NCBI GenBank assembly: GCA_002269645.1
Contig: NIVC01001272.1
Location: 1 to 64,000, forward strand
DNA from: Macrostomum lignano
Lineage: Eukaryota
Reading direction: 5' to 3'
DNA: 64,000 bases
The notes under the pieces are model-generated. The model was given only the letters and a program-made list of their open reading frames with translations. It was not told the origin of the DNA and made no database searches. Both the position numbers and the translations under genes were made by a program. This document shows positions 35,675-48,354 of the stretch, piece by piece (the first letter of the stretch is position 1; each line of letters starts with the position of its first letter).

Positions 35675-35844
35675 AAGAATTGCTTTAAATGTCTTGCTTT
35701 GCTTGCTTTTGCAAAACTGATTTGAGCTGCACTGAGTTTAATAGTAGCATAACTTTGGTTGTACGAGTATCTTTTTTGCTTAACAAAGGCCGTTTTTAAG
35801 TATGCAGATTTGAAATTTTTGATGTGCTGATGTTCTGACTTTCC

Positions 35845-36585
35845 AGATTTACCGAATTGCCCGATTTACCGAATTACCTGATTTACCGAATTGCCTGATT
35901 TACCGAATTACCTGATTTACCGAATTACCTGATTTACCGAATTGCCTGATTTACCGAATTACCTGATTTACCGAATTTCCTGATTTACCGAATTGCCTGA
36001 TTTACCGAATTGCCCGATTTACCGAATTACCTGATTTACCGAATTGCCTGATTTACCGAATTACATGATTTACCGAATTTCCCGATTTACCGAATTACCT
36101 GATTTACCGAATTACCTGATTTACCGAATTACCTGATTTACCGAATTTCCCGATTTACCGAATTACCTGATTTACCGAATTACCTGATTTACCGAATTAC
36201 CTGATTTACCGAATTTCCCGATTTACCGAATTACCTGATTTACCGAATTGCCTGATTTACCGAATTACCTGATTTACTGAATATCCTGATTTACCGAATT
36301 TCCTGATTTACCGAATTGCCTGATTTACCGAATTGCCTGATTTACCGAATTGCCTGATTTACCGAATTTCCTGATTTACCGAATTGCCTGATTTACCGAA
36401 TTGCCCGATTTACCGAATTGCCCGATTTACTGAATTGCCTGATTTACCGAATTGCCCGATTTACCGAATTACCTGATTTACCGAATTGCCCGATTTACCG
36501 AATTACCTGATTTACCGAATTACCTGATTTACCGAATTTCCTGATTTGCTTAATTTCCTGATTTGCTTAATTTCCTGATTTGCTG
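35845..36585. repeat. 17-bp tandem repeat (GATTTACCGAATTACCT) x~43
   Basis: Direct periodicity. Confidence 0.95.
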
Positions 36586-38170
36586 AATCCACACTTGCTG
36601 ATATAAAAATCTCCCGAAACTCCTGATTCACCGGAAAGAAAACATTTTTAAAGAAATTTCCTGCCAGAGTTTTATTAAATTGTTTTGCCATAGTCAGCTA
36701 AATGATTTTCATAAGTTACAAAAGAATGAGAATACCTTGCCGCAAATTTATTGTAGTGGAGAAAATCAGACACATCTTTAAACACGCTAAGCACGCAAGA
36801 AAATCGCTAAGAAAAGAAGGGAGTATTGCCGTCGAAAGACAATTACGCGCTAAACTGAAAACAGACAACAAACAACAAAAAGAAGAAATGGAAGCAAAAC
36901 AATGCGGATATACCTAGAAAAAGGCCAAAAATGGCCTACCTATTTAGCGAATAGGTATGTAATCTAAAGAATTTTTTAATTGGTAAAAACTAGCAACCTT
37001 TATATTACGAAAAACAAAAATCGGTTAAAATTAAAGCGTTCATACTGAAGTTCAGTTTCAAGCCAACTGCACTTGAAATCCACAGCTACAAGCAGAAATT
37101 CCCTTTGCCTCTCAGTCCGTTCTCGAATTGCCCACGGAGCTGACAAAGATGGTTGCTAAATGTAGTCTTCTTGGCTTTGCGCTCGACATGGCTGCTGCGG
37201 CATCGCAGGCACCACTTTACCAAGGACCACTAGGAACACTTGGTTTTAGTCTGGTAGTCCTTGCCTTTCACATGGAGTATTTTTAAAACAGAAGTTGACA
37301 CGTTGAGTCGACCAGTTGGACAAAGTATAACAACCCGGGAAAAAACCGAACATGGACACGAGAGTAGCTGGTTGCCCAGAAAATCTCAAAAACGAAAAGC
37401 AGCACCTGCACTGTAGCATGCGCAGGCAGGCAGTTCGGGCACCCAGTTTGCACTCCGTGACCCCCCACCCAGCCTATCCGCTTCCCCTTTCTCGAGCACT
37501 CAGTGAACCGGAAATCTGAGTTCAGCCAGACAATAAATATACGGGCACAGCCACCTATTTATCCACCTTTTGAGTGGCTAACTACCACTCGCAATAACCA
37601 GCTAGAGTTGCTCGCTACATGCACCAGCTACGGACGGTACGACTCGGGTGATTCGGCTGGTCTCCGACGGTGCAACAGGCATGGAGGTAAAGTGCCACAT
37701 TGAATTGGCAACTTCCTCGTCGCTGCTCTTAACGACGGTCTGCAGCAGGCCACTGTGCGCCGCGTCAACTTTCTGTTCTAGTGAATCCGTCAGCATCGAG
37801 GTCTGTGTATTTTCAATCCGGATCGTCTCGAACACCGCCTGGAAAAACGCCACCCGCTGGCGGTCAGGTGGGCTGCAGGACAACCTCCGATTAAAAGAGA
37901 ACTCAGGCAAGACCGCAGCGATGTTGCAGATCCTCATGGACGTCGAGAACCAGACCGCCGAGGCAGAGTTCCATAGCATGCTGGCGTTAGCCAGTTCGCA
38001 TACTCAATACGCAGAGCTGTCATTAGTGCACTTACTTTTATCCAACCAGATCGTTTCTAGAAAACCGGTATAAAAGCAAACAAGGAGAGCTGCAGCATTC
38101 ATCGCTCTATTACGATCTACACTGGTATGAGCTACAGCAGAATTGAAATCACATCTATACTCAAGTAACT

Positions 38171-38868
38171 ATGCTCAAGACTATCGTTTGTATTGTAGGC
38201 CTCGCCTCGCTCGTGCTTTGCACTGCCGGTAGAGTAACTCAGGTGTCCTACATTGGCTGCTATCTGGACAACGAGGCTAGAGATCTAAGAGGACTCACTG
38301 GAGTGAGCAAGATTGGTCAGTTCAGCATCGGCAGCCTCATGCTGAGCAGTGCCAGCATGACACACGAGCTCTGCAGCCGCGTCTGCTCTCTGGGCGGCTT
38401 CCCGTACTTCGGTGTGCAGTCCGATGAGCAGTGCTTCTGCGGCACCTCCTACGGATCTCTGGGAGCTGCTAACACAAGCGACTGCAACAGGGCCTGTACT
38501 GGGAACGGTGCTCAGATTTGCGGAGGGACGTGGTGCAACTCAGTGTTCGCCTTGACCTACCCTGGTGAGTATTTTTTCTAGTAAAAGTTAGGTTTATGGT
38601 CAATTCTACCAGAAATTTTCTTCACCTTCTAGATAAAAAATATTTTGAGCAGTCGCAGATGCCCAACCAGACGGTTGTGTCCACCCAGAGTACCTACTGG
38701 ACCAGCGCTGACAAAACCAAGGCCGAGTGCTTGATGATGTGCGAGGCTTCAGCTGACTGTCAGGCTGTGATTTTCTCAGGCCAGCAGCGCCTGTGCCACC
38801 TGCTGAGGTTCGCCTACCCGCCTGCCAGCTTGAGCAGCACTGATGGAGACTACTTTCTTCGTGGCTGA
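38171..38868 (+). CDS. Secreted WSC-domain plus PAN/apple-like protein, 2 exons, 209 aa
   Basis: join(38171-38564, 38633-38868), phase 1; signal peptide; YIGCY..D...C...C....YFGVQ...CFCG...C...C.G....CGG WSC pattern; C-x3-C-x5-C...C PAN-like pattern. Confidence 0.85.
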
Positions 38869-39429
38869 GCTCCATGTTAGGCATTGAGCTCTGAATTAAC
38901 TTAGCCCATGTGTGGCTTATAGAGTAGACAAAAAAGTTTAGAAAGATTTTGAGAATTTTTTAGTAATTCGTTATTATAAGTATAGCATCTCGCAATTGTT
39001 TGAGAGACAGCCATCATCTGGAAAAAAGTGTGCGTGAAATGCGTGAGCCATGCAGCTACCGCAAGCAATACTCCGGAAAGTCTGCCATCTTCTTAGTGCC
39101 ATTGCAGTCTCTCGTAAAAACATCGTAAAGTAAAAAAAAACTTCCCAGAATCCCGTTTGACATCCCTTCCTACTTCCATGGTTACATGGCACTTCTCTCA
39201 GAAGCATTTCTGCTTGCCCAAGCTTTGAAAAGCTGGAAGTGATGAATTATTAATCTGTGTGAGTTTCTGGACAAAGCGGAGCTGTAAAGCCTCACGCAGG
39301 CTTTGCTGTTGTATTAGCAACTGACTGGCCGGCCCTGTGCATTGAGGCAGCTCTTGACGGCTCAGTCCTGCTAATAAATGAACCCCAGGCGCACTCCTTG
39401 TTTTCTCGTTAAGTGTCGCGCACTCTAGC

Positions 39430-39485
39430 AGCAGCAGCAGCGGTAAAAGTAGTAGAGGTAGTAGTAGTAGTAATAGTAGTAATAG

Positions 39486-39527
<42 letters not shown>

Positions 39528-39568
39528 TGGTAGTAGTAGTAGTAGTAGTACGTAGTAGTAGTAGTGTT
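39430..39568. repeat. (GTA)n microsatellite
   Basis: Direct; source of the poly-V ORF. Confidence 0.95.
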
Positions 39569-40203
39569 AGTGGTCGATCTGTCTGCCTGTTCTCATATTC
39601 GCTCGTAGTCTAAGACGCTGCATGAGACATCTAATAAATACTTCAAGTATTATTCTAGATACTTTGTTTCTACGTTCAGCTCATATGACCCTGATTCTGT
39701 CTGGATTTAATCCAACAGTACTGCTTGCTGTTAAACCTAAAATATGATTATAATAATTACCAACCCATTCAGTGATAATCAGGCCGACTAATTCGAACGA
39801 GTTAGGTAAATAAAGAAGCACACTGGTTTTTTTCTGACAATGAGTACCGGTATGTATATTTGGCATAGGATCAGCACATGGACAAATAAAGATTAGCAAT
39901 CAAAGTTAATATCATGCATATTATATGCCTTAAGCGCCCATATAGTTAACAACCAGTACCATTATCGTCGCGGGTCACAAAAACAACATGTGCAATTTGC
40001 AAACTTAAATCGTTTACAGAAAAACAAATGAAAAGTAAATACGGACAACACAACATAAATTTTATGATTATTATCAACCTAAAGCATGCAGTAAACATTA
40101 GCTACTAGAAGTGCATTAGTCTATCTAGTTTAAGCAGATTGAGTATCTTTTCTTTGTACGAGTATGGTCTGCACAAGAAACTTTACAGCTTACAACTAAC
40201 CCT

Positions 40204-42318
40204 TTATTGCAGCAGATTACGTTGCTTAGCTGCAGCATCAAATCTTCTTTTTTGATTAGCGACTGTCTGCACCAAAAACCTCGTCAGTTCCCGATGGCCA
40301 CCTCTAGCAGACGACTCCGCTGCCTCCATGCAGCACCGGCTTCTCTTTTTTTGGTCTGCAATTGACTGCACTAGAAACTTCACAACTTCTAGCTTACCAA
40401 ATCGTGCAACAAGCTTGGCTACCTTAATGCAGCACTGATCTCTGCTTGTTTGGTCAGCGATTTTCTGCACCAGAAACTTCAACACGTCTAAATGATCCAA
40501 GAGTGCGGCAGACAGAGCTATATCCATGCAGCACTGATCTCTGTTTGTTTGGTCAACAACTGTCTGCAGCAGAAACTTAACTACATCTAAATTATCCTGT
40601 TCTGAAGCACATTTCGCTGCTTCCATGCAGCACTGATCTCTGCTTGTTTCGTCAGCGATCGTCTGCACCAGAAACTTTAGTACTTCCCACTGACAATAAA
40701 TTGCAGCAGACCTCGCTGCCTCCATGCAGCACTGATCTGTCTTTGCTTCGTCAGGAACTATCTGCACCAGAAACTTTACCACATTTAAATGACCCTTCTT
40801 TGAAGCACATTTTGCTGCTTCCATGCAGCACTGATCTCTGTTTGTTTGGTCAACAACTGTCTGCACCAGAAACTTAACTACATCTAAATTATCCTGTTCT
40901 GAAGCACATTTCGCTGCTTCCATGCAGCACTGATCTCTGCTTGTTTCGTCAGCGACCGTCTGCACCAGGAACTTTAGTACTTCCCACTGACAATAAATTG
41001 CAGCAGACCTCGCTGCCTCCATGCAGCACTGATCTGTCTTTGCTTCGTCAGGAACTATCTGCACCAGAAACTTTACCACATTTAAATGACCCTTCTTTGA
41101 AGCACATTTTGCTGCTTCCATGCAGCACTGATCTCTGTTTGTTTGGTCAACGACTGTCTGCACCAGGAACTTCACGACATCTAAATGACCCCCGCTTCCA
41201 GCAAATTCCACTGCCTCCATGCAGCACTGATCTCTCTTTGCTTCGTCAGCAACTGCCTGCACCAGAAACTTTATCACGTCTAAATGACCCTGCTTTGAAG
41301 CACATTTTGCTGCTTCCATGCAGCACTGATCTCTGTTTGTTTGGTCAACGACTGTCTGCACCAGGAACTTCACGGCATCTATACGACCCCCGCTTCCAGC
41401 AAATTCCACTGCCTCCATGCAGCACTGATCTCTCTTTGCTTCGTCAGCAACTGCCTGCACCAGAAACTTTATCACGTCTAAATGACCCTGTTGTGAAGCA
41501 CATTTCGCTGCTTCCATGCAGCACTGATCTTTCAAAAGTTGGTCAGAGACTGTCTGGACCAGTAACTTTGTCACTTCTAATTGACCCATTGCTGCAGCGG
41601 AATCCGCTTCCTTCGTACAGAACTGATCTCTCTTTGCTTCGTCAGCGACTGTCTGCACGAGAAACTTCAGCACTTCCCACTGACCATTGGTTGTAGCAGA
41701 GGTCGCTGCCTGCACGCAGCACCTGTCCCTCAGAGTTGAATCAGCAACTGTCTGCACGAGAAACTTCAGCACTTCCCACTGACCGTTGGCTACAGCAGAG
41801 GTCGCTGCCTGCACGCAGCACCTGTCCCTCAGAGTTGAATCAGCCACTGTCTGCACGAGAAACTCCAGCACTTCCCACTGACCGTTTCTTTCAGCAGATT
41901 TCGCTGCCTCTATGCAGCAATAATCTTTTACACTTTGGTCAGCAACTGTCTGCACCAGAAACTGCACCACTTCTAACTGACCAGAACTTGCTGCCGGTTT
42001 CGATGCGTCAATGCAACACTGATATTTTTTTCTTTGGTCAGCCACTCTCTGCACCAGATACGTGACTACTTCCCACTCACTCTTCCTTGCAGCATGTTCC
42101 GCTGCCTCGGCGCAGCAGCGATCTTTTACACGTTGGTCAGCGACCCTCTGCACCAGAAACTTCACCACTTCCCACTGACCACGTTGAGCAGCTAGGCGCG
42201 AATTTCTAGCGCAAAATCGAGCTTTTCTTCTTTCCCCCAGTCGAAGCCAGAAATGGGCTCTCAGTGCCCTGATGTTTCCACTGGTGACGGCTCCATGTCG
42301 GCTGATATTCTGACCCAT
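40204..42318 (-). CDS. Intronless 704-aa protein of 20 x 33-aa ankyrin-like repeats with a CC motif and N-terminal MGxxxS
   Basis: Consensus DQCCMEAAKCASxxGHLDVVKFLVQTVADxxxR; the AA..GHL.VVK.L half matches ankyrin. Confidence 0.8.
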   Translation of the reverse strand: MGQNISRHGAVTSGNIRALRAHFWLRLGERRKARFCARNSRLAAQRGQWEVVKFLVQRVADQRVKDRCCAEAAEHAARKSEWEVVTYLVQRVADQRKKYQCCIDASKPAASSGQLEVVQFLVQTVADQSVKDYCCIEAAKSAERNGQWEVLEFLVQTVADSTLRDRCCVQAATSAVANGQWEVLKFLVQTVADSTLRDRCCVQAATSATTNGQWEVLKFLVQTVADEAKRDQFCTKEADSAAAMGQLEVTKLLVQTVSDQLLKDQCCMEAAKCASQQGHLDVIKFLVQAVADEAKRDQCCMEAVEFAGSGGRIDAVKFLVQTVVDQTNRDQCCMEAAKCASKQGHLDVIKFLVQAVADEAKRDQCCMEAVEFAGSGGHLDVVKFLVQTVVDQTNRDQCCMEAAKCASKKGHLNVVKFLVQIVPDEAKTDQCCMEAARSAAIYCQWEVLKFLVQTVADETSRDQCCMEAAKCASEQDNLDVVKFLVQTVVDQTNRDQCCMEAAKCASKKGHLNVVKFLVQIVPDEAKTDQCCMEAARSAAIYCQWEVLKFLVQTIADETSRDQCCMEAAKCASEQDNLDVVKFLLQTVVDQTNRDQCCMDIALSAALLDHLDVLKFLVQKIADQTSRDQCCIKVAKLVARFGKLEVVKFLVQSIADQKKRSRCCMEAAESSARGGHRELTRFLVQTVANQKRRFDAAAKQRNLLQ

Positions 42319-42584
42319 TGTGCCTGTGTGAGAAGAAATCTTGAGTTAATTTTTGTTAAATATATGTTTCTACTGTATTGTATATTTTCGCCGTTTTTTA
42401 ATAAAAGATTTCAGAAACAGTATAGATTTGGGAGTATGGTTGCTGGTGCCGGTTAATTAGGAAACGCGCTTTGCCCTTTGCCACAAGCCTCTTGTCACAT
42501 GCAGATCTCCCGTTCTGGTGATTGAATGAATTTGAACTTAACAAAGCAGGGTTTTACCCTTAACGTAATCCTGGAAGCTTTATA

Positions 42585-43272
42585 AGAAGGGAAGGATTCA
42601 GGTACAAGAGAGGAGGGAAGGATTCTGGGATTAGAAAGGAGGAAAGGGTTCAGGGATGAGGAAGGAGGGAAGGATTCAGGGATAAGGAAGGAGGGAAGGA
42701 TTCAGGGATAAGGAAGGAGGGAAGGATTCAGGGATAAGGAAGGAGGAAAGGACTCAGGGATAAGGAAGGAGGGGAGGATTCAGGGATAAGGAAGGAGGGA
42801 AGGATTCAGGGATGAGGAAGGAGAGAAGGATTCGGGGATAAGAAAGGGGGTAAGGACTCAGGGATAAGGAAGGAGGGGAGGATTCAGGGATAAGGAAGGA
42901 GGGAAGGATTCAGGGATGAGGAAGGAGAGAAGGATTCGGGGATAAGAAAGGGGGTAGGGACTCAGGGATAAGGAAGGAGGGGAGGATTCAGGGATAAGGA
43001 AGGAGGGGAGGATTCAGGGATAAGGAAGGAGGGAAGGATTCAGGGATGAGGAAGGAGAGAAGGATTCGGGGATAAGAAAGGGGGGAAGGATTCAGGGATA
43101 AGGAAGGAGGGGAGGATTCAGGGATAAGGAAGGAGGGAAGGATTCAGGGATGAGGAAGGAGAGAAGGATTCGGGGATAAGAAAGGTGGGAAGGATTCAGG
43201 AATAAGGAAGGAAGGAAAGGATTCAGGAATAAGGAAGGGGGGATTCAGGGATGAGGAAGGAGGGATTCAGGG
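42585..43272. repeat. 26-bp purine-rich minisatellite (GGATTCAGGGATAAGGAAGGAGGGAA)n
   Basis: Direct periodicity. Confidence 0.93.
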
Positions 43273-43813
43273 ATGTCACTGAGGCTACAAATGTATTGCT
43301 TAAAGTTTCTATGGATGAAATTAAGCCCCGAACGGGGAGGCAGTCATGCACGGAACCAAAGGCACTGCTCAGATATTAATTCCAATTTTGAAATTATGCA
43401 TAGTTCACATAAAACAGTAGCTATAAGCAGAGTTTTAACATGTGAAAGGTCTTTAGCTCTCTTACCTGTATATACTCTATCTGCTGTCACATACGGCGTA
43501 GAGGAAGATGTTTTTATGTTCGTTGAGGCCAAGCGTTAAAGAAACTTAACGCCTAGTTTTCTAATCGCTCCTATTTTTGTAGTTTTTGGCGGTGACCGAC
43601 CGCTCCTATTTTAGAAAATGAAACTTTTCCGAAGTACAGTGAGAGGTAGCTGTCAGACTGCCAACCCCACTACCCCCCCCCCCTACGCACCGCATAGAAG
43701 AGCGAAAATGCGTGGCTGTTGTGGCTGCTACCTCTCAAGTATTATTTGAGAACTGAGCTCATCAATTGTGCGTTCGCGAAGTGTTGCACATTTGCGAATG
43801 CAGTTCGTTAGAC

Positions 43814-44797
<984 letters not shown>

Positions 44798-47414
44798 CGG
44801 CATTTTAAATGTAATGTTTCTTGCTGCTCCTATTCATGGTGAGCTGGCAACTCTGCTGGACTCATCACTCGCGGTAAACTGCTGTCAGAGCGACAAGAGC
44901 GCAGTTCTGCAGGGCATGGACTGCATTGTTTAGCAATTTGACGATCATTATTTACATTTTAGTGCAGAACAATCCATTACTACAAACAATGCATTGTCTG
45001 TAGGATCGTCAAACAGAAAAACAATGCAAAGAATCAGCGGTCGCAGCACGGGACAACGATTTGTTTATGGCTCGCGCCTACCGGCGCTCGCCAGACAATC
45101 GTTGTCACGCACTGGGACCGCTGATTATTTATCCATTGCTGAGCAAACTAGCAGCTCTCGCTTGTACAGCAGGTGTTCAGCATTTATTGTCAAACGTAGA
45201 AACAGAAGACGGACGCCAGGTGTGAGCCAGCGGCCAGGTGTCCCTCTACTACCTCTGCATGTGGTAAAACACACAAAGCTAATAGCTGTTTTGCTATTGC
45301 CAACCCAAACTGCATCTTTTAAGAATTACAGCTCACACCTTTTATATTTACATGTATATGAACTTTCAGCTGGCTATGTAATCTTTCTCAGAAACCTACT
45401 AGGGATTGGAAACCCTTCTCAACCCCCAGAAACGGGAGTCGAATTGACATTTCGACATTTTTTAGTCGGTGATCGAAGAAGGTTTTAAAAAGTCTACCTT
45501 GAGTAGATAAGTATATATATTTATAATTATATTGCATATACATGTACAATTCGCTATGTCAGCTATTGGCTGAAAGAATTCGCAAAGTACATGTAAGATG
45601 TTAAACTTAAAACTAAACTATTATACGCTGATCTGCGATCATCAGTCACATCATGTGTACATGAATTTTCACACACTAATAATATGCAAATTTTTAATAT
45701 GAAAATTACACAGCCAAATATGTCTTTGCAGAAATTGGCTAACGAAAAATGATGTAAATGTGCATTGAGCACTAATTACAGGTAAAATACTAGCTTAAAC
45801 CCTTATGGCTTGTTTCCCAGTGGGCCCGACCAGACACGACACATGCATGCTGTGATTGAACTCTTCTTTTTGGGAACATAATTATTCGTTTGAAAATTAA
45901 AAAGAAGTACATTAAAAGCGTGTCAATTTCGATCACTCAAAATCCAAAATATTTTTCCTCGCAAAGGACACGCTTTTTACAGCAGTGAAGCGCTGGGCCG
46001 TTCCATTATTCAGTGCCAAATTAATCTCTCATATGCCAGTGACGGATTAAAAAAGTGTCATTTGATAACGGGATTAACCGGCTGCAGAACTTTTGGCTTC
46101 TCAGAGTGACAGAACAAAGCTTTTGTGTTACTTTTTGTTCACTTACGGTAACCTTTCGTTGCTTTTTTTGCTTTTTCGAAAATTAGCATATTTATTTCCA
46201 CATTATTTCATCCAGCTGACGACAGTCGTTTTAGGCATTGTTAACTTATCTTTCTCTGAAAGCTGATATTTTAAATTTAGATTATGTAAAATAAGTTTCT
46301 TGAAGTCCAAGAATTCAAAGAATCGCCTTATTTTCGTTGTGATGACAGATGAATGAACGAATGCCGAATGCGTTCTTGGCTTGTGGATGCAATGCGCCTT
46401 AATTCATTTCATTTATATATTTGTATTCGTATCTGAACAATCTATGTATAGTCAAGGTAATTAAGAATTTTCTAAATAATGTCTATATCTATTATTGAAT
46501 TAAAACTGGATCGCCTGGAACTCTGGAACGGCTATGCAACCCTACAACTACAACTACTACGGCGCACAGGAGAACTAACACCAAAACACAGCGCATTCGC
46601 GTTTGAAATACGATAGGAATTAGCATACAGTAAAACAATAGTAGTAAAGTACGTACAGTAAGAATCGCGGAAATAGAAACTCACAACTGAATAAATACTA
46701 ACTAAATAATATTCAAGAATGCCGGACACATCATAAAAAGTGCGGAGATTTAATTGATACATAAAAATACTTTACAATTAAATGCGCAAGCACAATGCAC
46801 TAAAATTAAGAATTGCACGTGTGTGTAGCCCCCCTATGCTTTAACTCTTTATACCTACGCGCTTTGTGAGCGCGAGAAAAGTCGAGAGAGAGAAGTCGAG
46901 AGAAAAAGAACAATATTTTTAGCCATCTCAATTTTTTAGCTACAGTTTACGGAGATGTGTACATGCATAAGGGAGGTACGATTCCCCACCCTACTCTCCT
47001 TGCATGGATAAATCATGGATGAAGCATCCATGATGCCATGTATGGATCATACCTGAACATGTATGGAGCCATACCTGATCATACATGGTTCCACGTAAAC
47101 TTCATCCATGGTTACTTTCCATCCATGTACATTGATGTATGATTTTAAATATAATTTTCCTTACTACACTACTGTTAGTAGAACGCAATGTTTGCGTAGG
47201 TTCATTTTAAAGCTGAAATTTTCTAAACAAATTCGGCAGCATCTTTAGTGCTGCTGAGAAATATGTTTCCATTCCCTTATAAATCACTTTCAAAACAAAA
47301 AAGTATCAGAACAAATACTTATGCAATTAAATGTAGAAGTAATTGAAAACTCGTATGATGACCATTTCGAGACTTATATTATTAATGATAATTAGGCATA
47401 ATTCATTTCAAAGT

Positions 47415-48026
47415 ACTGTAAGAAAAAATAAGACAGCTCAGTCTCAGAGAGCTTTAAAATACAGAATGGACAGAATTTGACGCATTTCAAGGTACTGTAA
47501 GAAAAAATAAGACAGCTCAGAGAGCTTTAAAATACAGAATAGACAGAATTTGACGCATTTCAAGGTACTGTAAGAAAAAATAAAACAGCTCAGAGAGCTT
47601 TAAAATACAGAATAGACAGAATTTGACGCATTTCAAGGTACTGTAAGAAAAAATAAAACAGCTCAGAGAGCTTTAAAATACAGAATAGACAGAATTTGAC
47701 GCATTTCAAGGTACTGTAAGAAAAATAAAACAGCTCAGAGAGCTTTAAGATACAGAATAGACAGAATTTGACGCATTTCAAGGTACTGTAAGAAAAAATA
47801 AAACAGCTCAGAGAGCTTTAAGATACAGAATAGACAGAATTTGACGCATTTCAAGGTACTGTAAGAAAAAATAAAACAGCTCAGAGAGCTTTAAGATACA
47901 GAATAGACAGAATTTGACGCATTTCAAGGTACTGTAAGAAAAAATAAAACAGCTCAGAGAGCTTTAAGATACAGAATAGACAGAATTTGACGCATTTCAA
48001 GGTACTGTAAGAAAAAATAAAACAGT
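47415..48026. repeat. 73-bp tandem repeat x~8 inside the CACTA element
   Basis: GGTACTG recurs at 47491, 47564 and onward. Confidence 0.93.
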
Positions 48027-48354
48027 AAATTTTACTGAACAGTCAATAAATAGAATTAGCCGAATTCGGTACGCATTAAGGGCAAGGGCCGACTAATCCT
48101 TTACGAAACGAAGTTAATGCTGCATTAGTCAATTATTTGCGCACAGAAACTTGGAGATTTTGAATATGGAGAGATCGGACAAAGAGAGGTAACGGTGGGA
48201 GTCTGAGAGGGAGGAAGTTGGGCATCTGGAAAGTTATTCTGATTCCCTGATGGTTTTATCTTGGTCATGGAGCATAATTTTATTTTCTGCCAGACTTTGC
48301 AGCATTAATAATAAAATAATCGGATCTAAGGTACGGACACATACTCGTACCTTT

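Noticed and set aside
40644-42065. Plus-strand repeat ORFs (LPPCSTDLSLLRQ)
   Set aside because: Antisense shadows of the 99-bp ankyrin-like repeat.
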